Made by a program: the position numbers and the translations under genes
NCBI GenBank assembly: GCA_051439425.1
Contig: JBFRWD010000178.1
Span: 1-64,000 of the forward strand
DNA length: 64,000 bases
From: Synechococcus sp.
GTDB lineage: Bacteria; Cyanobacteriota; Cyanobacteriia; Thermostichales; PCC-7336
Reading direction: 5' to 3'
In this document: piece after piece, positions 20,194 to 28,976 of the stretch
How the letters are laid out: every line of letters begins with the position of its first letter
Numbering within the stretch: the first letter of the stretch is position 1
The notes under the pieces: generated by a model
Told to the model about the DNA's origin: nothing
The model's input: the letters and a program-made list of their open reading frames with translations, nothing else
The model's database searches: none

Positions 20194-20871
20194 ATGAAAC
20201 TCTTATCGACAATCCGAGCCTGGCTGGGCCAGTTCAAGCCTCGTACCGTGGCCGTATCCACATTTCTCGTAGCTGCCGCATTTACGATTGTTGCTTGCAG
20301 TGGCGGTACTCCTCAAGCATCGGCTCCGGCTGGTATTGCTCCGGACAAAGTTGTTGACTACATTGCTGCAACGGCATTAGGCGGACGTACTGCGTATGTG
20401 AAGCACGTCGTCAACCGCGTCACGCTACTAGAAGGTGAACCGGTCGAGCGAGAGAATGCTGTAGTTGACGCTCATTCCACCGAATTTTGGGAGGATGATG
20501 ACGGCATTCCTCTGCCCGCACAAATGTTCCGTCTAGCGTCCGAAGTCACCTCCGCTGACGATCTGGCGGGTGGTTTTACCATCGGCTTGATCTCCAGTTG
20601 GAACATCAACGATGCGCACTCTCCCAAAACTGATTTTGAGAAAGATGCCATCAAGGAGATGGAAGAAACTGGTGCACCCGTCAAGATCGAGCAAGAAATT
20701 GCTGGCCAGAAATACATGACGGCGATGTACCCCGACAAGGCAGTGGCTGAAGCCTGCGTCACCTGCCACAACACTCACCCCATTCACCTAGAGCGCTATC
20801 CCGATAAGGTGTTTGCTCTAGACGACGTAATGGGTGGTGTGGTCATCAACCTGCCGTTGGATGACGCCTAA
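20194..20871 (+). CDS. DUF3365/Tll0287-like monohaem c lipoprotein
   Basis: Lipobox IVAC; PLPAQMFR, PKTDFEKDAI, ACVTCHNTHP, DDVMGGVVINLPL. Confidence 0.8.
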   Translation: MKLLSTIRAWLGQFKPRTVAVSTFLVAAAFTIVACSGGTPQASAPAGIAPDKVVDYIAATALGGRTAYVKHVVNRVTLLEGEPVERENAVVDAHSTEFWEDDDGIPLPAQMFRLASEVTSADDLAGGFTIGLISSWNINDAHSPKTDFEKDAIKEMEETGAPVKIEQEIAGQKYMTAMYPDKAVAEACVTCHNTHPIHLERYPDKVFALDDVMGGVVINLPLDDA

Positions 20872-20882
20872 CTTCTCAGACT

Positions 20883-20920
20883 TGGGGACAGGTTCCGATC
20901 GAGATCGGATGCCTGCCCCA
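20883..20920. terminator. Strong intra-cluster stem-loop
   Basis: TGGGGACAGGTTCCGATC-ga-GATCGGATGCCTGCCCCCA, 12 bp after the DUF3365 stop; a T run lies ~40 bp further on. Confidence 0.5.
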
Positions 20921-21066
20921 CACACATTTATGTCCTAAACAACTGACAGCAACTGAGCCTTTTTTTATGGTTCGACAAGCAATTGAGACTCTCAGATCGT
21001 TTAAGTCTTTGTTTACTAATCACATCGATCGCTAGCCCAGACCTAAACCGTGCTTCAGGCTAACTC

Positions 21067-21657
21067 ATGAAACCTACGTTCCCAACGCTTTCAGTATTAG
21101 CAGTAATTTCAATCGTTCTAGTGGTGCCGTTCATCCTGAGCGATGCTTACTTGCCTCTGATTCGAGATACAGCGTTTTACACGCATCAAATTTTGCGACG
21201 GGGACTGTACAAAGAAATTACAGGATTTATTTGTCTGGGATTTTTTGCAATTGAGATGATCTTGACCCTTCGAAAGCGGGGAAGTCGCTGGAAAATCAAG
21301 CTGCCCGGTTCAATCTTTTTCTGGCGTAGCTTGCATATTTTCCTGGGGGTCGGGTTCATTGGAGCAACGCTAATCCACAGTTTCGGCGCAGGTGGTAGCG
21401 TGTTCAACCAAGCATTTTTAGTCGTTTTTCTTGTACTGTCCCTAATCGCCATGATGGGGGTTGCAGTAGAAACTCGACTGGTCGGTGTGACGGCTCGCAA
21501 GATTACTCTTCTTCCAGTAGGAGGTCTCTCAGCCATCCCCAAAGGCCAGCTGATTCGACAATTGCGTTCAGTTTGGCTTGGAATTCACATTGTATTGGTC
21601 AGCTTATTCACAGTTATGCTGGGGTTTCACCTCTTCCTAGCGTTTTATTACGAGTGA
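21067..21657 (+). CDS. Integral membrane protein with four TM histidines (putative dihaem cytochrome b)
   Basis: WRSLHIFLG..ATLIHS and WLGIHIVL..MLGFHLF: two helices each with His-X13-His, the spacing of bis-His dihaem b proteins. Confidence 0.7.
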   Translation: MKPTFPTLSVLAVISIVLVVPFILSDAYLPLIRDTAFYTHQILRRGLYKEITGFICLGFFAIEMILTLRKRGSRWKIKLPGSIFFWRSLHIFLGVGFIGATLIHSFGAGGSVFNQAFLVVFLVLSLIAMMGVAVETRLVGVTARKITLLPVGGLSAIPKGQLIRQLRSVWLGIHIVLVSLFTVMLGFHLFLAFYYE

Positions 21658-21705
21658 AGTGGTGCAAACGCACCTGTTTAGTCTTCTGCTTCTGCTGTTA
21701 GTCGC

Positions 21706-22182
21706 ATGAGTTTTTTATCATCAATGCCTCGCAGGTGGGTGGCTACTTTTTTGGCGATCGCCTGTAGCTTCTCATTATTTCTCAGTCCCCCCCCTGCATT
21801 TGCCAGCTCCCTACTATCGGGGTTTGCCGCACTCAAGCAGGCAGTCAATACTTCAGTGCCCTACCGTGAGGCCGCAGCGGATAGCAAACCAGCCTTAGTG
21901 GAGTTTTATGCCGATTGGTGTAGTGTTTGCCGCGCAATGGCTCCGACTGTAGCCGAGCTACACGATCGATATGGGGAGCACATCAATTTCGTCATGCTCG
22001 ACATCGACGATCCCCAGTGGGCAGAGCAAGTGCGCAAATTTCGGGTGGTTGGTGTTCCCTCTTTTGCCTTTATCTCGTCCTCCCAGGAGGGCACGGGTGA
22101 TCGCCACGTTCAGCAAACATTAGTGGGGAAGCATCCAAACACTGTCATGGTAGAGGCTCTCGACCGACTGCTTTCGACCTAG
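21706..22182 (+). CDS. Exported thioredoxin-like thiol-disulfide oxidoreductase (TxlA/HCF164/ResA-like)
   Basis: Signal peptide; VEFYADWCSVCRAMAP; INFVMLDIDDPQW; GVP cis-Pro loop. Confidence 0.85.
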   Translation: MSFLSSMPRRWVATFLAIACSFSLFLSPPPAFASSLLSGFAALKQAVNTSVPYREAAADSKPALVEFYADWCSVCRAMAPTVAELHDRYGEHINFVMLDIDDPQWAEQVRKFRVVGVPSFAFISSSQEGTGDRHVQQTLVGKHPNTVMVEALDRLLST

Positions 22183-22355
22183 CCGCTCCACAATTCGTCT
22201 TGCAGTTGCCGTATTTGACTGACCAAGGCCCCGGTCAGCACCATCAGTTTGACGGAATTGGGCAGGATATTTGCCCGATCGCGCAACAAAACTATTGACC
22301 CCACATATTGGAAGAAGGTTGGGGCTGAGGGCTGTCGAACTCAGGTTTAGCAGGA

Positions 22356-23282
22356 TTACTGCGGAACGTTTAACGCCCCTCCCTTGCGCAGCCAGTTTTT
22401 TTGCTCGTCGCTCAACCCAACCGCATCGGTCAAGCTGGCCCCAACGACATTTGCCCCTTTAAACATTGCCCCCCGAAGGTTGGCTTGCTCCAAATTGGCA
22501 TCGCCGAGATTGGCTGCCGTAAAATTGGCTCCGGCTAAATTCGCCCGTTCCCAACTGCTGCCGAACAACGATGCTCCGCTAAAGTTCACCCCGCTGGCAT
22601 AGGTGCGATCGGCGATCGCCGTATCAAATTGAGCCTGGCTGGCCACGCTTTCCGCCAAGTACGCCTCGGTCAAATTAGCTCCAATAATGTCAGCCGAGGT
22701 AAGATTCGCTTTGGCCATGCGGGCCCGCGTCAAAATACTTTTGTCCAATTGCGTTCCGACTAACTGCGCTCGCGTTAGATTTGCGGCATCCAGATTGACC
22801 TGCACCAGCTTGGCACTAGACAAGTCAGCATCGGTCCAGTCGGATGCTGCGAGATTGGCTTTTACCAGGTCAGTCACTTGAAAGATTGCCCCTCGCGCAC
22901 TGCAATCTTCCAGATTGGCCTGCTGCATCGTTGCATGCGAGGCATCGGCACCATCAAGGATGGCCCCTAAAAATCGAGTTTGAGTAGCGATCGCATGTCG
23001 TAGATTGGCGCGCTCTAACCGTGCAGCGGTTAATTGAGCGCGAGTCAGAATGGCTCTCTCCAGGATAGTTTCCACAAGCCATGCGCGAATGAGCAGGGTA
23101 TCTGTAAAATTCGTTCGCTTGCAAGAAGCATTCGATAGATTGGCCACTCGCATGTAAGACTGCGAGAAGTCTCCATCATCCAAGCATTGCCCTTGCAGCT
23201 CGATATGTGCCAGTTCTTGTTTCGCCAGCGGTAGCCCCTGTTGAAGCTTGTTCATCACTTCCTGTGGAGCAAGTACGCTCAT
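22356..23282 (-). CDS. Pentapeptide repeat protein
   Basis: Tandem A(N/D)LxX repeats over most of its length. Confidence 0.92.
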   Translation of the reverse strand: MSVLAPQEVMNKLQQGLPLAKQELAHIELQGQCLDDGDFSQSYMRVANLSNASCKRTNFTDTLLIRAWLVETILERAILTRAQLTAARLERANLRHAIATQTRFLGAILDGADASHATMQQANLEDCSARGAIFQVTDLVKANLAASDWTDADLSSAKLVQVNLDAANLTRAQLVGTQLDKSILTRARMAKANLTSADIIGANLTEAYLAESVASQAQFDTAIADRTYASGVNFSGASLFGSSWERANLAGANFTAANLGDANLEQANLRGAMFKGANVVGASLTDAVGLSDEQKNWLRKGGALNVPQ

Positions 23283-23574
23283 GCTCTCAACTCCTCGAAA
23301 CCCATATTCAGCCCACTATAAGCAATAACACTGTAAGCAATAACAAAGATGGGGAACCTATATCTATGCCAAATGCGTCAATTCGTAATGACGATATGGA
23401 ATGGCTCTTGTATTGCCCAGCTCTGCTCGAATTGGCTTGGTCGTGCCTAGTGCGACTTGCACCTAATCCTGCAACTCCCCAACCGGCATGAAAAACATCT
23501 CCAATCCCGTGCAGAAGTCAGATTAGACTGAGATAGCTAGATATACATTTGTTTTTCTTCCGTTTGTAAAACCA

Positions 23575-24138
23575 ATGACTGAAGCCACCAAAGCTCCAAC
23601 CCAATACTTACGCTACGAAGTTATCGGTTCTCGACGCTTGGGGACCCTGTTGGTGGCAATGGCCTGCACAATTGGTGGCGTCGGATTCTCGTTGGCGGGC
23701 TTGTCTAGCTATCTGGGGGTCAACCTACTTCCGTTTTCAGATGGTCTGAATTTGACATTCGTGCCTCAAGGGTTGGCTATGTCGTTTTACGGTGTGGCTG
23801 GTTTACTAACGGCTCTATACCAGTGGCTGACCTGGACTTGGGATGTTGGTGGCGGTTACAACGAGTTCAATCGCAAGACAGGAAAGTTTATCGTACAGCG
23901 CAACGGTTTTCCTGGCAAAAATCGCGATATCAAATTTACTTACAAGCTGGATAGCATCCAAAGCGTGCGAGTTGACATCAAGGAAGGTCTTAACCCAAAG
24001 AGAGCGATCTACGTTCAAATTCGCAAGAAAGGCGATATCCCCCTGACTCGTGTGGGTCAGCCCGAAGCACTGTCTGCAATTGAGGATCGTGCGGCTGAGA
24101 TTGCCAGTTTCTTGAGCGTGCCGCTTGAGGGTCTCTAG
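23575..24138 (+). CDS. ycf4: Photosystem I assembly protein Ycf4
   Basis: GSRR, GLSSYLG, FVPQGLAMSFYG, WDVGGGYNEFN, GFPGKNR, IPLTRVGQP. Confidence 0.96.
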   Translation: MTEATKAPTQYLRYEVIGSRRLGTLLVAMACTIGGVGFSLAGLSSYLGVNLLPFSDGLNLTFVPQGLAMSFYGVAGLLTALYQWLTWTWDVGGGYNEFNRKTGKFIVQRNGFPGKNRDIKFTYKLDSIQSVRVDIKEGLNPKRAIYVQIRKKGDIPLTRVGQPEALSAIEDRAAEIASFLSVPLEGL

Positions 24139-24217
24139 GAATTCTCTTCAGTTTGAAGCCCGATCGCTGGCATTTTCAACAGCTGCTTTCAGACCCTTTG
24201 GTGTTCTGTTAACGGCT

Positions 24218-24688
24218 TCAGTTGCTCTCTACGTCTCCTCCCAGAACAACGTAGGTGCCCTCAAACTCTACGGCAGATTTTTGCGGGTCATGACCCTGCA
24301 CGTTTACCTTTAACTTGACGCGACTTCTTCCATTTCGCTGTAGCTGTCTCAAAAAGCGATCGCACACATCCACATCCGGTAGTTGAGCGGTTGCAAACAA
24401 GTCTCCTGTAACCGGTTGAAGGTAACGAATATTGCTACTGGCAATGACAACCTGTCCGGCTAGTTCTGCCTTCTGCAATAGCAAAAACAACAATCCCCAC
24501 CCATTCAGGACGGCGATGGAATAGAGGCTGCCACCGAACGCCGTGCTCTTGTGATTGATGTTGGGTTGCAGAGGAGCTTTGAGGGTTAATTGGCGATCTC
24601 CATATGCAACCACCTCTATCCCCATTGCCTTCGTTAGCGGAATCTCTGTGTACAGTGTGGATTGAAGATGCGCTACCCAATCTGTCAT
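24218..24688 (-). CDS. YiiD C-terminal-like hotdog thioesterase
   Basis: IPLTKAMGI, APLQPNINHKSTAFGGSLYS..GWG, IRYLQPV. Confidence 0.85.
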   Translation of the reverse strand: MTDWVAHLQSTLYTEIPLTKAMGIEVVAYGDRQLTLKAPLQPNINHKSTAFGGSLYSIAVLNGWGLLFLLLQKAELAGQVVIASSNIRYLQPVTGDLFATAQLPDVDVCDRFLRQLQRNGRSRVKLKVNVQGHDPQKSAVEFEGTYVVLGGDVESN

Positions 24689-24780
24689 ATAGCGTTTGCC
24701 ATTTCAGTTAGGACACAGGTTCCCATCGCAGTCTGGGTGAACATAGCTGAAATATCCGCTGTGGTTTGGCCACTGCTATG
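24688..24780 (+). mobile_element. MITE-like element family A, copy 2
   Basis: TATAGCGTTTGCCATTTCAGTTAGGACA...TGGCCACTGCTATG; colinear with the reverse complement of 10886-10980. Confidence 0.8.
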
Positions 24781-24876
24781 TAGCGCTCGGCAATCCGCGA
24801 TAGAAAGTTTTCCGAATACCTTTCCTTGCGGATCGGTGCTGTTACCTATCTCCGAACTCCAAACCTTATAGGGAAT
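24781..24876 (+). repeat. MITE-like family B copy, directly abutting family A copy 2
   Basis: TAGCGCTCGGCAATCCGCGATAGAA...CTCCAAACCTTATAG; colinear by eye with 36070-36173 and 44842-44943. Confidence 0.6.
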
Positions 24877-24904
24877 ACGTGCTCAAGTCACAAACAATTT
24901 ATAC

Positions 24905-24959
24905 CAATAATAAAAACACAGACTGAAGAAGCATCGAGTTTCAGCTTCCTCAGTCTGTG
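24905..24959 (-). terminator. Rho-independent terminator of rbcLXS
   Basis: CACAGACTGAAGAAGC / GCTTCCTCAGTCTGTG stem, followed on the minus strand by TTTTTATTATT. Confidence 0.75.
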
Positions 24960-25028
24960 GGCTTACGAGTGTCGTATCTGATGGGGCCATCAGTATTGAT
25001 GGCCACCTAACGGAACGAGTCCGGAGTT

Positions 25029-25358
25029 TTAGTAACCGGAGGGCTTGTTCACGATGAAGCTTGCCACTTGGCACTGCTTGATGTTGTCGAATGCCACAAC
25101 GCGAATGAAGCAGTTACGGTACTCGTTACGGCAGTTGTTGACTTCCTGCAGAACTTCACGGGTGGAGCTAGCGCCAAACAGAGGCAGCTTCCACAGAGTC
25201 CAGTAGTAGGTGGTGGGGTCAGCGGTCTCGTCGAATTCAATCGCAGGAATGAATCCTTGGTCGAGGTAGTAAGCAATCTGGCGCTCGATCTGAGCATCGC
25301 TCAGAGGAGGCAGGTAAGACATCGTCTCGAAGCGACGCTCTTTAGGCAGAGTTTGCAT
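25029..25358 (-). CDS. rbcS: RuBisCO small subunit (Form IB)
   Basis: [45 protein letters not shown]. Confidence 0.98.
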   Translation of the reverse strand: MQTLPKERRFETMSYLPPLSDAQIERQIAYYLDQGFIPAIEFDETADPTTYYWTLWKLPLFGASSTREVLQEVNNCRNEYRNCFIRVVAFDNIKQCQVASFIVNKPSGY

Positions 25359-25454
25359 GGTCTTAGATCCTTGTAATCAAACTAGATCCCTGTACTAAAA
25401 CAAGGGTCGTACTCAAAAACATGTGGAGAGGCAGGTGGTGAAAAATAGTCTGTC

Positions 25455-25928
25455 TTAATCACTATCTGCATCGATATCGTCAGGGTTTGCTGTAGGGAGG
25501 CTCTCAGAGTCTGTGGGAGAAGCATTACCTTGAGGGGAACTACTCCGGTCAGACAGTTGCTCTTCCGCAGGAACCGCTTCATCAGAACTTTGAACCTGAG
25601 TCATGCGTTCCAGCAGCCGGCGGCGGCGATCCATGTTGGCCTTTTGAATGCCGAGACTGACCATTTCTGGCAAGAACTCGACGATCTCTTCAGCCAGATA
25701 CTGCCGCACAGTCATGATGCGTAAGGCAATTTCGCGATCCTCGGCCATCAGTTCATCCAAGTAGGCTTCACCGTTTTGCAGTTTGCCTTGGGTGGAAAAC
25801 TGGCCAAGCCATGCCGCCTTGACGGGATAGACCTCGCGTAATTGCGCCTGCACTGTCCGCATCGCCTGAAAGGTCAGATAGCTGATTGTTACTTCGGCTG
25901 TCTTTTTCGCGATTTCTTTGCGATCCAT
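25455..25928 (-). CDS. rbcX: RuBisCO assembly chaperone RbcX with acidic C-terminal tail
   Basis: IAKKTA..SYLTFQAMRTV..QL, LALRIMTVR-like IALRIMTVRQYLAEE..EFLPEMV; lies between rbcL and rbcS. Confidence 0.95.
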   Translation of the reverse strand: MDRKEIAKKTAEVTISYLTFQAMRTVQAQLREVYPVKAAWLGQFSTQGKLQNGEAYLDELMAEDREIALRIMTVRQYLAEEIVEFLPEMVSLGIQKANMDRRRRLLERMTQVQSSDEAVPAEEQLSDRSSSPQGNASPTDSESLPTANPDDIDADSD

Positions 25929-26035
25929 CAGTCAACGCTGACAAAATTAGGCCGCTATGGAAAAGCAGAACGCCCCCCTAGTTTTTCCGAACGCGGACTG
26001 AGGCAACCCCCAGGAACCGCGAATCGAATCTAGAT

Positions 26036-27466
26036 TTACAGCTTGTCCATCGTCTCGAATTCGAACTTGATTTCTTTCCACAGTTCGCAAGCGGCAGCCA
26101 GTTCGGGAGACCACTTCGCAGCTTCACGGATGATGTCTCCGCCTTCGCGCATGAGGTCGCGGCCTTCGTTACGAGCTTGGACGCAAGCTTCCAGAGCAAC
26201 GCGGTTCGCGGTTGCACCAGGAGCGTTACCCCAAGGGTGACCCAAGGTACCACCACCAAACTGCAGTACGGAGTCGTCGCCGAAGATGTCAACCAATGCA
26301 GGCATGTGCCATACGTGGATACCACCGGAAGCAACGGCCATAACGCCGCCCATGGATGCCCAGTCTTGGGTGAAGTACACACCACGAGACAGGTCGCGCT
26401 CAACGTAGTCTTCGCGCAGCAGGTCGATGAAGCCCAAGGTAGACTCGCGATCACCTTCCAACTTACCAACAACGGTACCGGTGTGGATGTGGTCACCACC
26501 GGACATACGCAAGCACTTAGCCAATACGCGGAAGTGCATACCGTGGTTGCGCTGACGGTCGATTACAGCGTGCATGGCACGGTGGATGTGCAGCAGCAGA
26601 CCGTTGTCGCGGCAGTAATGGGACAGAGTGGTGTTCGCGGTGAAACCTGCGGTCAGGAAGTCGTGCATGATGATGGGCATTTCGAGTTCCTTTGCGAACT
26701 CGGCCCGCTTCAGCATTTCTTCGCAGGTGTGAGCGGTAACGTTCAGGTAGTGACCCTTGATTTCACCGGTCTCAGCTTGTGCCTTGTGGATAGCGTCAGC
26801 TACGAACAAGAAGCGATCGCGCCAGCGCTGGAAAGGCTGAGAGTTGATGTTTTCGTCGTCTTTGGTGAAGTCAAGACCACCGCGCAAGCATTCGTATACT
26901 GCACGACCGTAGTTCTTAGCGGACAAACCCAGCTTGGGCTTAATGGTGCAACCCAGCAGAGGGCGGCCGTACTTGTTGATCTTGTCGCGCTCTACGGTGA
27001 TGCCGTGGGGAGGACCTTGGAAAGTCTTCAGGTAAGCCACGGGAATGCGCAAGTCTTCCAGACGAAGAGCACGCAGTGCCTTAAAGCCGAATACGTTACC
27101 AACAATGGAGGTCAGCAAGTTGGTGACGGAGCCTTCCTCGAACAGGTCGAGGGGATAGGCGATGTAGCAGATGAACTGGTTATCTTCGCCAGGTACGGAC
27201 TCGATGTCATAACAACGGCCCTTGTAGCGATCCAGGTCGGTCAGCAGGTCGGTCCACACAGTGGTCCAAGTACCGGTGGAAGATTCGGCAGCTACGGCAG
27301 CGCCAGCCTCTTCGATGGGTACACCCGGCTGAGGGGTGACGCGGAACGCCGCCAGGATGTCAGTGTCCTTGGGCGTGTAATCGGGGGTGTAGTAGGTAAG
27401 TTTGTAGTCCTTAACGCCGGACTCAAAACCTGCTTTAGTCTGAGTTCTAGTTTGTGAATAAGACAC
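26036..27466 (-). CDS. rbcL: RuBisCO large subunit (Form IB), GTG start
   Basis: [10 protein letters not shown] catalytic motif, [25 protein letters not shown] upstream. Confidence 0.99.
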   Translation of the reverse strand: MSYSQTRTQTKAGFESGVKDYKLTYYTPDYTPKDTDILAAFRVTPQPGVPIEEAGAAVAAESSTGTWTTVWTDLLTDLDRYKGRCYDIESVPGEDNQFICYIAYPLDLFEEGSVTNLLTSIVGNVFGFKALRALRLEDLRIPVAYLKTFQGPPHGITVERDKINKYGRPLLGCTIKPKLGLSAKNYGRAVYECLRGGLDFTKDDENINSQPFQRWRDRFLFVADAIHKAQAETGEIKGHYLNVTAHTCEEMLKRAEFAKELEMPIIMHDFLTAGFTANTTLSHYCRDNGLLLHIHRAMHAVIDRQRNHGMHFRVLAKCLRMSGGDHIHTGTVVGKLEGDRESTLGFIDLLREDYVERDLSRGVYFTQDWASMGGVMAVASGGIHVWHMPALVDIFGDDSVLQFGGGTLGHPWGNAPGATANRVALEACVQARNEGRDLMREGGDIIREAAKWSPELAAACELWKEIKFEFETMDKL

Positions 27467-28188
27467 GTCTTACTTCCTCGTAAGCCACTCAATACTGTGA
27501 AGCTGCAAATGCTGGAGCCAGCAGCAAGCCACCGGTTCCACCATAAGTTGTCAACACTTTGAGCTATGAAGACCTGGTGGTTGTCAGGTGAGGGTTAACC
27601 CTTATTTCGCTCAATTTCGGGAAATCTACGTGCGTAACGGACTGTTTCGCCGGCAATTTGCCCTCGACTCGAAGCGGTTCGTCGCTCTAAGTGCAGCACT
27701 ATATGGGCTATCACTTTTCGGGTCAACCAAAACCTATCATTCTTCGAAATTAAGCAAATATTATTTTATTTATACAATCGATTAGCCTTGCTTAAGGAGG
27801 ACAGGATCGAGCGTAAATTCCTCGCCAAAATCCTTGACAGATATACCATCTTAGTTTCTCTTTCATTCAGCCAATCAAAGTAAAATCATGGCTTACAGAG
27901 ATTGTAAAGAAAAAATTATTGAGAAAAAATCGGGCAAGAAGGCATCCAGTCCTTAAGGATGAAGTGCGTTAACAAAGCGAACACACAGAGTTAGAATTCT
28001 GTCAATCGCTTAATGGCTAACTCGTGGGATCGCATAGTCCCCAAATGTCAATTTAGTGCTTGTAGGCTTAAGAATAAGCGACTTCAATCGAACTGATTGC
28101 AGATACGAAATACTTCATCTAAGTATTTATGCTCTATGAGCATACCCCGAACCTTTCTTGGCTTTTGTCACCATGTAAGAACAAGCTA

Positions 28189-28698
28189 TCAGCAGTTCTT
28201 CAGGGTCGTGACGAGAGTGCAAAGGTCGTTCAGCAGATGATGTTGATTGAGCGAGGTCAGGATGGGAACGTGGATGAACAGAGCCTGAGTATTGATGCCA
28301 TTCTGTTGGATGGCCTGCATCAGCCGGTAGTAGGTATCGTTGCAAACATAGGTGCCGGCATCGTGGCTGATGCGGGTGTGAGACAGAGATTGCACTAGCT
28401 TATCAAGGGGGAGGGAGGTAGCTAGGGTGGTGCCACCGTAACGAGCATAACGTTCTAAATTCAGGTGTTTGCGGTTTTCCGCCATACCGCAACAAAGGAT
28501 GATACGGGGTTGGTGGGTGCGAATGGCATCGACGATGGCTCTGCTGGCCAGGTCGGTATCAACAGGAAGCTGGCGCAGGAAGGCGATCGCATCTGCGCAG
28601 GGCTGTGTTTGCAGTCGGACGAGTAAATCATCGGAACTGTTCGAGGCTTGATGTGGGAGCCAAATCCGAAAGGAAGTTGCAAGGATGGTCGAGGTCAT
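28189..28698 (-). CDS. Pyroglutamyl-peptidase I family (C15)
   Basis: TSF..W.PHQ.SNSSDDLL, CCGMAE, LE, SHDAGTYVCN (catalytic Cys), FIHVP (His). Confidence 0.85.
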   Translation of the reverse strand: MTSTILATSFRIWLPHQASNSSDDLLVRLQTQPCADAIAFLRQLPVDTDLASRAIVDAIRTHQPRIILCCGMAENRKHLNLERYARYGGTTLATSLPLDKLVQSLSHTRISHDAGTYVCNDTYYRLMQAIQQNGINTQALFIHVPILTSLNQHHLLNDLCTLVTTLKNC

Positions 28699-28976
28699 AA
28701 GAGAAAGTTGCATCAACAGATATGGTTCTTGTCATTTCAGTTCGGGTAAAGATCTCCAGGTACGGTCAGGAAAACAGAACTGAAATGCCTGTAGTGATAT
28801 AGCCACTGTCACAAACCCACCCAAAAGTTTCGCGAGCCAACAAACACCAGGAACAGTTGGTGGGCTCGCATCTCTCTTGTAGTAAGGACAAGCGGCATAG
28901 GTTTCTGGAGCTCTAACTCCTCTATCCAGTACAGGCTAGGAATTGGGATTGAGAACCGAACCCAAGTGAGGTTAAT

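Noticed and set aside
26177..27457. 426 aa ORF antisense to rbcL
   Set aside because: Shadow frame arising from the strong codon bias of a highly expressed gene; no recognisable motifs.
27745..27800. LysR/RbcR box upstream of rbcL
   Set aside because: ATTAGCCTTGCTTAAG only partly matches ATTA(G/A)-N5-(C/T)TAAT; not supportable by eye.
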